A model generated the notes under the pieces. It was not told the DNA's origin. It did not search any database and saw nothing but the letters and a program-made list of their open reading frames with translations. This document shows positions 35,951 through 47,384 of a DNA stretch of 64,000 bases, piece by piece. How positions within the stretch are numbered: the first letter of the stretch is position 1; each line of letters starts with the position of its first letter. The translations under genes and the position numbers were made by a program. The stretch is from Gnetum montanum (lineage: Eukaryota > Plantae > Gnetophyta), in contig MNCI01001451.1 of assembly GCA_015680685.1 (NCBI GenBank), positions 362,723 to 426,722 of the forward strand, in the 5' to 3' direction.

Positions 35951-36428
35951 TAAGACTCTTTGGTCTTACCAAAATACACCTAGAAAGGAAGTCTTGCAGA
36001 ACAAGAAGAAATGAAGGACAAATCAAAAGGACAAGGAGAATAAAAAGGTGTGGAGAATTAAATGAAAAGAAGAAAGTAAAAGAACCTTCATAAAAAAATT
36101 TGTAAAAGGGAGCCAAACATTAGAAATTAAAAAAAAATCATGAAAGAAGATCTTCAAAAGAAGAACCTCATTCACAAGCTACTTAGATATCTTCATCTCC
36201 ATTAGCAAGCAAGGTAAGTAGAGGTAAGTCTTCATCTCATTTAGAATTTCTTCTAAGACTATAATCCATGGTAGCTATCCCTTGAACCTTCCCTTGTTGA
36301 GATGTCTACCTATAGATGTCTACACAAAAGGATAGATGTCTACTCATAGACATCTACATCATGAGTTAGACATCTATTTGAATTTTGACTAGATATGGTA
36401 TAGATGTCTACTAGTAAAGATAGACATT

Positions 36429-39400
36429 TGATGAGTGGCAAGATACCCCTACACTCAACCATACGAATACGAGCGTAGCATGCGCGATCCAGTCAAACTC
36501 CGAAGACTAAGTGCCTACACACCCCATGAAACACTTAGGTTTAATCATTTGTTGTCTTCCTAGACTTACTTGTAGTTGTCACGGTGTATGATTAAGTAAA
36601 TCTGAGGTATATGATTTTTATAGTTTTTATGTTTTATGTCTCCTATGCTAACAAGGTAAAAGGTTGAGAAACTAATTACTAATTCTAACTAATGAACTAA
36701 GTCTAAATTACCTAGCGTTAGCATCCGTTCCCACTTACCGTACACACCCTGAACTGATGCAACCGTGGCTACCAAACGCTAATCGTTGCTGGGATCACCA
36801 CGCGTAACGCACGTGCTCGAAGTGATCGTACGAGGCACTTAACTAGGAGAAAAGTGTTGAGAAAGAAAATAGTAAATAACAAGTAATAAATAACAGGTAA
36901 TAAATAACAATAATAAAATCCTATTCCATGCGCTGCAAGGTTTATCTGGAAAGCTCGTCTTTATTGCCATACACAAACTTGTGTTCAGGTACAATGTTTG
37001 CTCAAATAAAGATCCGTTCACTTGAGGACTCCTACTGCGGGCACATGGAAAATATTCTATCTCTGGAGTGATCAATCTGCCAGAGTTTCCCTATTGTCTA
37101 GCCTAGGATGAGGAAACAAGGGAGAGCCGCCTCTTATTTATAAATATGACAGCACACCACAATATCGTGTACACGATATTGCGAGGGATGCGATATCGTG
37201 TACGCCATATCGTAGCCCATGCGATATCGTGTCCCATCATACCCCCATGACTAAATGAAAACTTGTTCTCAAGTTCATTACAATAATATCAGGTAGGTAT
37301 GGGATTATTGACTCAAATGGATCTAATGGGATGACATGTGAACGGATCATCATTACAAGACACAATAAAACTAGTGTTCATGACAACAAGAGTGAACACC
37401 TTATTACATTGACATTAGGCCTTATTTGGCAGCTGAAAGAAAAGAGAAGAGAGAAGAAGTCTTGCTGCTGCCAACACCAAGATTGCGCCTTTTGTTGTCC
37501 ATCTGTAAGCACGTCATCGATATTGCTCCTTGCATAGCTGCTTCAGCACTACTCCATTCCAAGTGCTCCCTCCAGATCCAGTCTGTTATTGCATGATCGC
37601 CATCTGCACACACAACACAGTCTTGTGTTAGCAAGGGTAGATGAATTTCAATGTGGGTAATACCTTGCTTCAGTGTAAGTCCATTGGCTAAGTTGTGGTA
37701 TGGCTGATTGCAAATCTAGAGATATAATAATTTTGACTACCGAAGGTGTAGGGGCTAGGAGAAAATCGAAAAAATTGGGTCCCGTACCCCCATGACTAAT
37801 CGTGAACCTCTAGTAGCGATAGAATGGAGAAAGAATAAGAACAAGAAGATGGGTAAAAGAGACAACTAAGACATCTATGAAATGGATGTCAAGATGGAAA
37901 TGAACAAAATAAAATTAATTGCAAAATGTTAAGGGAAAGAATTTAACTGGTGCACCAAATAGGAATGTTAGTGGATCCTCCCCAAAGCAGGCTCATGCCG
38001 TTAATGCCCTGACAAACCCACATTCAAAGAGTCCGTAGGCTCTGGGAATGTCCTTTGGAACAGGAGTTAAAGTCTTAACCGTAAGAAGTTACCAAGAAGA
38101 AAACAATGTATCTACCAAAATATACATTAGTGATACAACCGGCAATGAGGTGAACAATGGAGAGAAGGATGGAGAGAAGAGAATGGAATGGAATCCCAAG
38201 AACAAGGTGGTGTACAACCCCTTGTGTGTTTCATGATTAATGTGACTTGGTAAATCTCATTCCAATTCTGGCCTCAAACCAACCACATCCAATGACTTCG
38301 CATCAACGCACTTGGCCAAACCATCCTCTTGAATAACAAGAATGCATCTCCAAAGAGCCACCACCATTCCGACGAAACAAAGGAGAGAATGGGAAGCGAG
38401 AAGGACTTTAGTTAGAGGGAACGTTTTTAGTTCCATAACCAGTGCTTGTAGCCCAAGTTTATTTCGTCTAAGGGGTGTGCTTTGAATTCTCACTTTCTTT
38501 ATTTTCTCTTTTTTTTTTTTACGTGAGAACCACACCATGCAAAGACTTCTTATTTTTATTGTCTTAGCTTCCGATAATTAGGTAACATCGGAACGGCAAG
38601 AGAACTCAAAAAGAAAACATCCAATCACCCAAGAGAATGGCCAACACAAATGCATCAAGTTCCCTTGAAGTCACACCCTTTTCAAACCTTGAGTCCTTCC
38701 TTAGTTTGAGAAGTACCCAGTCACTGATTCGTTAAAGTTCTTATTAGAAAGGGACTATACATTTCCAAGCCAATAGAGACCGTAGACTTTGTGGATGGAT
38801 GGATGAAGTGGACTCATTGCCTGCCATATCAAAAGAACATATCTTAGTGTCAATATCATAATTTAAAGGTAAAAATCAAACATTAGCAATCAATAAGAAA
38901 ATAGTTCATACCATCGTGAAGAACACTTATTGGGTGACAAACTTACAGGATGGTTAACACACACCCAAACACACACAAGAAATGGAAAAATATAACGATG
39001 TTGTAAAACAAAAACAAGAAAAGTTAAAGAAATTTGTAAAACAAAAACGTGTAAAACAAAAACTTAAAAGAATTGAGGGCCTCCAATGATCAGCATAGGT
39101 GGCCATCACCCACATGACTAAATGGAAAGGGAGAGATCCAAAAAAATGAGCGCCTATTTGAATTTCGTAAAAGTGCCCAACTTCTCCCCATTGATGTTTT
39201 TAGGTTGAGGGGTGGAAGTTGGCGACGCTCATATTCCAATATGTCTATGCCTTTGTTGTGAGCATGAATTTGCTCAGTTCGTTCCGTGCATATTAGTTTG
39301 CTCTTCCTAGTAGCTATCAACCATGGGGTGTCTACTACTGGTGTGGTTGCTACATATAGGCACCTTTGGATTTGTATTTCTTAGGCACACCGAGTACATG

Positions 39401-42400
39401 GAAGCAATGCTGAGCATTCTTCCATGTCATCACCCTCTGAGTCATTGTATGTGATGCATGGAACTTTCTTCTTCTTGATCTTTCCATAAATATTTACCTT
39501 AGATATCTGCAAGGAAAGATTGCAGATCCCTAGGTACGCATCTACTGTACTCAGCCATGGCCTTCCCATTATAATTGGGAAGCCACCGTTGTTACTGTTA
39601 ACTTCAATCACTAGGAAGTCAACTGGGTATGACCACCCACACACAGTGGTAATGATGTCCTCCACCAATCCCAAGGGAATGGTGATGGACTAGTCAGCCA
39701 ACTCCAGTTGGATGTTGCTCTTCTTAAGTTGGGGCAGGTTCCAGGCTTGATACATTTCTCGTGATATTAGGTTGACTCCGGAACCTGAGTCAAGAAGAGC
39801 CTTATGTGGTTTGTTCCCGGTGATTTGTAAATAGATTAAGGGGCTTCCAAGATCAAATAATTTCCTGGGAAGGTGGCCTACCTTGATCCAGTCAGTTACG
39901 GTATGCGTTAACATAACCGTATGCGTACAACTCTATTGGACTGAAGGGTGCTCCGAAGTGTTAGATGGTGGAGGAGTGTACCTCGGCTTAATCGCTTGTT
40001 GTTGCGAGAGTTTGTCTAGGCTTCTAGTTCTGAAGAATGGTCTTCTCTTTTTACAGTTGTTAGAATTAGCAACAGGTTGAATATTTATAGCTCTCGCAGC
40101 ATTACGTTGTTGCGGTTGAGTAGGAAGTTCCCCTTGCATTGTTGGAGTAGGTTGTATGGGAACTACAGGTAGAAGAGGTGCGGATGGAGTTGGAGGATGG
40201 GATGAATGTGGGATGTCTCCTAAAGGAGAAGGAGTCCTTCTGAAGTACTCCCGAACTTGGTAGTGACATTGGGGAGTTTTGTAATCCATAGAGTCACTTG
40301 GAGAAATCGACTACTGCACATAATATCCATATGGGTCTGGCTGCCAGTAAGGGTACTATTGTGTCGGTGGTGGCATCCCCCACGACTATGGGTGTTGCCA
40401 CTACTGATGCTGTTTGATGGGTTGTGGTGGAGTTCCACTTGGATAGTACATTAGTGGTTGGTGGAACTGCCTTGGGTTACCTTATGGATAAGGTAACCTT
40501 TGGGGTGTTTGCCGTTGGTTAAGTCTTAGATTAAGCGCATACACCCCAGACTCCTGTAGATGTGAGATAATTGGACAACATCCTTTAGGATGGTCATATT
40601 GCCAGATCCACATCCACCATCATTGTCTGTGTCTGAATCGACAACTTCATCGGAGATAGTAATTTTTCCCTTACCCTTGTTATGTGCAGGGCCTGAATCT
40701 CTCTGCTTTGTTTTACCTTTGTCACTACTTCACTCCTCCTTAGACTCTTCTACAATTTTTAGGACACTTTCAAGTCTGGAGTCTAAGGAATCCCATAATT
40801 GGTCTATCTTAGCCGATACTTCTGTTGTTAATTTTTGAATCAACAAGGTCTTTTTGTTCACCAACTCTTCGAGTGGTGACTCATCCTCCTCATCACAAAA
40901 TCTTACTCCCTTCTTTCGAAGGGAGGGATCGCGGTTGTATTCTTCCACACTTTCCCTTTTTCGTAGCTCACCTTCTTCTTTTGCTACTTATTCCAACAAG
41001 TGATGAACATCATGCGCTCTAAGTTCTGATAGTCTCCCTTGGGCATAAGTCCCAAGGGTTCTTCTAGTTTCATGCCTTAGCCCATCCACGATGTGGCGAA
41101 GTTGATCCCGTTGAGCGTATCCATGGCCCAAGCAACGATGTAACAATGCGTAGTAGCAGGCCATGGCAGCATCCAAGGGTCCATCATTACCTTGTTTCCA
41201 GCCTTGGATCTACTTACGCAAATTAGACACTCAGGAGTATGTTTGATACTTATTGTTGAAGAGTTCTAGCATCGTACTCCACCTCCTGATGGTTTCTGGT
41301 TCTAAGGACTGGTACCAACTCTTTGCTTCTTTGGTGAGTGTCCTGGGGAACAACTTAAGTTTTTGCCACTCGTTTTCTATATTATGCAAGGCGTAGGCAT
41401 CATGGAATGCTTGTAAATGATGCTGCGGATCAGCATTGTATCCCCCTTCAAAGTGTGAGATATTGTTCATGTCTAAACGCTTAATCCGACTATCCTTTTG
41501 ATGCCATGTTGGAATTCTTACAGCCTCCATTATGTCGAGCATACTTCGGGTTACAAGTAGGGGCTCATCATGATCATCTCTTTCATGACGCCTGTGATGT
41601 CTTCGTTGTTCCCTACTTTCCCTCCGGCCCTGCCCTTATACTCTCTCTCGACTTTCCCATCGAGGTCTCTCGTTTTGCCTACCTCTATCCTCACCGTTAT
41701 GTTCATGGTGGCTACGCCTAGAAGTGGAAGGAGAGGGTGAGTGGTGAGATGAAGGGGAAAAAGAAGGGAAACCATCGCCATGAAGATGCTTCTTGCCTTC
41801 TCTTCGGCCCCAATCGTGATGACGATCTAAGTGCCCGTCCTTATTATGAGTTGTTGTTCCCTCTGTGAACAATTGGTGTTCACGGGGATCAGAACCAGTG
41901 TTATGTATCGTTGATTGTAGGTTTTGATACCCAACCTCCTCACCATCATTAGGAGGGAGAACATCATTTGTTAGAGGACCCATTATAATGGGTTCCTCAT
42001 CTCCTATTTCACTAAGGATGTGCGGACCTTTGCCCTTCAACAGTGTATGTTGGTTCTCCTGCCTTGAGTCCCTGATACGTTGTGCTTCTGTGGGATGATA
42101 ATCCCTCATGTCAGAGTCTTCCACAACGTATTCAACATATAATTCGGTCATGCTAATCTGTGCCAAAGCACAGAGAAGCATGTTAGTGACTGATCGATCT
42201 GGGGGTAACACGATGTTACCTTGCAAATCTCTCCATCACAGTTGTTCATTTTGATGGAGGATAAAGGTCAAGTTTGGAATATACTCATCGGGATGAGTAT
42301 AGACTATCTTGTATTGTTTAGGACTCGGCTGATTTTAGTTATGTGTTTTTGATTGCCGATTGTTTCGTGTATTATCCCTAGGTGGTGAGTTACTTTTGTT

Positions 42401-43356
42401 AGAAGAAGACATTGTTATTTATCGGTGTGCTAATTTACCATTATAAAATTTTTCTTTTAATTAATTAACCTGAAGGTTCGTTTAGGCTCCCAACGATGTG
42501 AGTGATATCCTATATTCTATTCAGCGCACAAACACTTAGTCCCCAGCAACGGTGCCAATGATGACTGGCAAGATACCCCTACACTTAACCATACGAATAC
42601 AAGCGTAGCACGTGCGATCTGGTCAAACTCCCCAGACTAAGTGCCTACACGCCCCATGGAACACTTAGGGTTAATCATTCGTTGTCTTCCCAGACTTACT
42701 TGTAGTTGTCACGGTGTATGGTTAAGTAAGTCTGAGGTATATGATTTTTATAGTTTTTATGTTTTATGTCTCCTATGCTAATAAGGTGAAGGGTTGAGAA
42801 ACTAATTACTAATTCTAACTAATGAACTAAGTCTAAATTACCTAGCGTCAGCATCCGTTCCCACTTACCGTACACACCCTGAATCGATGCAACCGTGGCT
42901 ACCAAACGCTAATCGTTGCTGGGATCACCACGCGTAACACACGTGCTCGAAGTGGTCGTACAGAGGCACTTAACTAGGAGAAAAGGATTGAGAAGGAAAA
43001 TAGTAAATAACAAGTAATAAATAATAGGTAATAAATAATAATAATAAAATCCTATTCCATGCGCTGCAAGGTTTATCCGAAAAGCTCATCTTTATTGCCG
43101 TACACGAACTTGTGTTCAGGTACAATGTTTGCTGAAATAAAGATCCGTTCACTTGAGGACTCCTACTGCGGGCACATGGAAAGTATTCTATCTCTGGAGT
43201 GATCAATCTCCCGGAGTTTCCCTACTGTCTAGCCTAGGATGAGGAAACAAGGAAGAGCCGCCTCTTATTTATAGATATGACGGCGCACCGCGATATTGCG
43301 TACTCGATATCGCGAGGGATGCGAAATCGCAGCCCATGCAATATCGTGTTCCATCA
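36429..43356 (-). mobile_element. Non-autonomous Gypsy element (gag plus protease only), related to 1874-15130
   Basis: Highly similar LTRs at 36429-37239 and 42559-43356. TSD acatt/acatc. PBS tggcaccgttgctggggact (42538-42557, -). PPT tcatgggggta (37240-37250, -). No RT, RNase H or integrase. Confidence 0.95.
39160..42412 (-). pseudogene. gag-protease of the non-autonomous Gypsy element
   Basis: FEGGYNADPQHHLQAFHDAY...KLKLFPRTLTKEAKSWYQSL (retrotransposon gag); ALLDSGSGVNLI and GWSYPVDFLVI (protease). Several in-frame stops. Confidence 0.9.
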
Positions 43357-43515
43357 ACATCTATCTTTTTGTAAAAAAAAAACCTCAACCACTATAATTA
43401 TATAAATCCAACACTTTATTTTCCCCTCTTTTTTCCACATCCAAGCATATATGACTAAGGTCAGATAACCAAGGCTTCTTCAACAGTGGTAATTTATCCA
43501 TTTTCTCTCAAATTA

Positions 43516-45070
43516 ATGGCTCATAAGAATATTACGACATCCAAGGATCATCCTAGAAGGAATAAGAAGACAAAGGGAGCCTCTTCTAACACTAAAAATT
43601 CTTATACTCCTTAGTTTTGCTCCACCAATGCTCAAAAAAGATTTAAGATAACTCGTTCTATTTCCATTGTTTCTAAGAGATTCCTTTGTTTTCAACAATG
43701 TCATCAAAAGAAACTTATGGCATTTTTCAAGTGTTGAACTGGGTGACCTTTATTTATATCAACTTTTGTGTCCATGAAATTCTCATCAAAGGATTTTATA
43801 GCGACATTGTAATTTCAAATGCTAGTGTTGGTGCTTTCACTTCCATTATTGGAGGACAGTTGATTGAAGTCATCCCATAAGTTGTCAATGCCATCCTTGG
43901 CATTTCTAGTTCTAATGTACACAAGGTTATAATTCATTTCATGACTAACATTTTCACAAATGGTATAATCCCTATTTCCCATGATGAATTTTGTGATGCT
44001 TTGTTTGGGTAATCTATGTCTTTGCATAGTGGAAAAATTCTTAGGAGTCAGATGGCTTCAAATGCTTCCACCCTCTCTCTCATTCTTTTGTATAATATTA
44101 TAATAAAAGGAGGACTCTATGGCTATTTTTTACTAGCCCAAGCCTTTATTCTTTATTATCTACTGACTGGATAGCCACTAAACTTGGGTCATATCCTATG
44201 CAAAGACATGTTAGGTCTCTTCACCAAGGAGAGAATCTATGGACATCCTCATCTCATCAGTTTGTTGATTCATTAAAGAGGTGTTCCCATTCATAATATG
44301 CTTCTTCTTAAAGGTAAGAGGAGCCTTCATGAGTATTCAAAAAAGAGGGGCTCCACCTACATTGATACTGAAAAACCTAGTACCAAGCATCAAAAGTCAA
44401 GGAAGAAGGGATCTACATCACCATCTTAGGCCTCTCCTTAGTTGAGAAGGTCCAAATCAGTTAGTGGGCAAATGAGATCTACTCTTAAGAAGCTTCTTAA
44501 GACTTTTGCTCACATGATTGGGATGACTAATATGAATCTTTATTATTTTCATAAGAGAATGGATGAAGCTAGAGTACCTCTTCCTCTAGATGGGTAGCAA
44601 TTTGAGAAGATCACCACTCCTCCTGTATCAGACAATGAGGAGGACTATCTTGTCCAGTTAGATACTTAGCAACTACTAGATCATCATGGACATATGACTT
44701 GGGAAATGCATCTGATTCTAAGGAGCTTGATGCACCGCCTACATGAGTCTAGGGAGAGATTATTGATCCTATGCAACCTAGACCCAGTTCTCACCCTCAT
44801 GGTGATGCTCCATAGATGTTTGAGTAGTAGGCTATGTAGAGCATCTTCGGGACTTCATCTCAGTGGAGGCTAGCTGCTTCGATCACGTATCAAAGGAAGG
44901 GAACTTCCTCATCCTCTCAACAAGCTCCATCTCATCCACCTACTTCATCCCAGTTTCAGGTGAAGCTTCATCTAAGGAGAGCTCTTGTCCACATTCCATT
45001 GTCAAATGATGATGATGAGCAGCATGTCTCCAGTACCAATAGTGATGATGATGAAGAGAAGACATACTAG
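43516..45070 (+). pseudogene. Degenerate env-like ORF of the SIRE-like element
   Basis: FCSTNAQKRF...LNWVTF...VHEILIKGFYSDI...FTSIIGGQLIEVIP*VVNAILGI, resembling the putative plant transposon protein domain. Acidic/Ser-rich tail. Lies upstream of the PPTs. Confidence 0.65.
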
Positions 45071-45596
45071 ACCTCTCATGCAGTTGCTGCCTTTGATGAT
45101 GCCACTAAGGTTAGTGACTAGGTTCTCTTATTAGTCCCTCCTTTTGGATGATGTCTAAAAAGAGGGAGAGTTTTGTGGATTTGTGGATTTTTATGGATAG
45201 TTTGATTTGTGGATTTTGTGGACAGTTGTATATGGATATATGGATATGATATGGTTTTATGGATAGCATGTTATGATCTCTTGGCCTTTGTATGTGATAG
45301 TAGACAACGTATGATAGCTTTATTGTATTTATGTATATGGACAACTATGTTTTTTGGTAGCATGATATATTATGAGATAAGTTTGGCATTTGTATAGTTT
45401 ACGGAGACTTTCTTGTGTTATCTGTTTTTCTTTAACTCATTGCCTTGAGACTTTTATCTCTATTCCAATGTTACCCTCAGCTACCATTGGAATTTATAAG
45501 TCTTAAATGCTTTTATTATTTATCATTTAATTTATGTGCTATAAATGAAACAAGCCCATTTTCTTCAGTTTTGAACATTACCAAAAAGGAGGAGAT

Positions 45597-46647
45597 TGTT
45601 GACCTTTTGGTATGTCAAAACCTTAAGGAAAATGAAGAATGTAGAATGTATGTGTGTGATTGTGATTTTGTAAGGCATGGAGATATGAGATTTCAAGAAA
45701 TGATATCTACATTGAGATGTTAAAATGAAGACTAAGTGGACTAGATGAGAGCATGGATGAAAAACAAAGTCTACAAATCAAGTGAAAATGCTTTGAATAT
45801 TGTCAAGAAGTCCAAGGGTCATAAAAATGCTTCATCTTTAAAAGTACAAAAGTGAAGTAGATGTCTTTAGAAAACAAAAAACATCTATCTCAAATAGTAG
45901 ATGTCTACAAGCAAATGTCTCCTTTTTCAAGTAGATGTCTCTCCTACATTAAGGGATTCTCAAGTAGATGTCTAAACTTCGAAGTAGACATTTATACTAG
46001 TTGTTTGATAGCCATTGCATGAATTCCAAGGAGTTTTGAAAACTCCAAGGCTATAAGATAATGTAAAAATCTAGGGAATTGTGCAAGCACTATTCATAAA
46101 AAGATTCATCAGTGGCAACTCAAAGTGAACTTATCTTTGCTCTTCATTGTTACATCATTTTCCTGTTGTGATTATACTAAGCTTCAAGTACAAGGATCTA
46201 TAAATTCAATTACATTATTTCCTTGTTCTTTTCTTTCTTTCTTGTATCCCTATGGGGTTGATGTGCTTCTTGTGAGAAGACATCCTTGTTGAGCTTCTCA
46301 GGATCCTACAGGATTGAGTGGTTTTGCAATGTCAAAACACTCCGATATGAAGCTCAATTCTGTCAAGGCTGTGGGATCCTCTAAACCACATTTTGAGCTT
46401 GTTGGGAACTTGCGAGGTTGAGTGGTTTCATAGCAATGAAACACTCTAGAGGGAGCTCAAAGATTGTATAAGGTATGATGCCCTTCAAACCACATTTTGA
46501 AGGGGTCTAAAAGTGTGCCTGGATTCTACCCTCCAAGTGTAGACGTACCCAAGTTGGGGAACCATGTAACATTGATGTGTTTTTGTGACTTGAGCATTGT
46601 TAAATTGGGGAACTCATTCAACCCTACTTCTAAGTTATCGATCCACA
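45597..46647 (+). repeat. 3' LTR of the SIRE-like Copia
   Basis: PPT then TGTT start; 45960-46647 aligns with 33590-34278. Confidence 0.9.
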
Positions 46648-47384
46648 ACCATAATGGAAGAGATAAGAGATATTTATAATTTTATATTTTATGATTTTTT
46701 AATATATTTTATAATTATAATGAACAAAATGATATAAAACACGCATGCATTGCAATCCCACTTAGGGAATCTACATCAACCAAATGGTTTTGGGCTATGA
46801 AGGCATGGTAGCACTCTGATAGAGTCTAGCCACACTTGTGAAAGTGATGACTCAAAACATACACAAACATGATAGGAAATCAACTTACCCAAGGGAGGAA
46901 GAGCTCTTCACACAACCAGATGCCACAAGCTCCACAAAATGATTAAGTATTAATTTCTTGTGTGAAAGAACTCACCTTACAAGCTAAACCTAGTTACACT
47001 ATTGGTAGAGATAGTCATTTAGGACTAGGAAAAGGGTGCATTAGCATCCCTACCCTGATGCAGCAAGTGCGCTAACATATGGTGGTTAGTGCATGCCCCT
47101 GCATAGCCACATTTCATCACTTTGTATTTGGAATAAGTCAAAACACAGAGGCACATGTTGGAATGATCTAAGGACATCTAAATGAAGCCAAAATCATCCT
47201 AAAGAGCTTGGAATTGGGCATGAAACCTTGGAACATAATAGGAAAGGTAAGAATGCATTATAGAAGACTAGCAGCCTTAACCAAATGCATGAGACTACAA
47301 ATATAGGGTGCACAAAACACTTTCTAGATCTAGTACTTACAATTGACATACAAACTACCACTAAATGCTTCATTACTATCAAAT

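Larger units (their letters stand above)
33590..46647 (+). mobile_element. Non-autonomous Ty1/Copia element, SIRE/Sirevirus-like (gag plus env-like ORF, no pol), interrupted by a Gypsy insertion
   Basis: Truncated 5' LTR ~33590-34278 matches the 3' LTR 45597-46647 (TGTT...CCACA). tRNA-iMet PBS tggtatcaaagcc at 34281. Two PPTs (aaaaagagggagag ~45157; aaaaaggaggagat just before 45597). Repeated tagatgtcta motifs. Copia UBN2-type gag. Confidence 0.88.

Noticed and set aside
36839-37075. Duplicated 78-aa ORF (also 42970-43206)
   Set aside because: Both lie within the two LTR copies; duplication explains the similarity.
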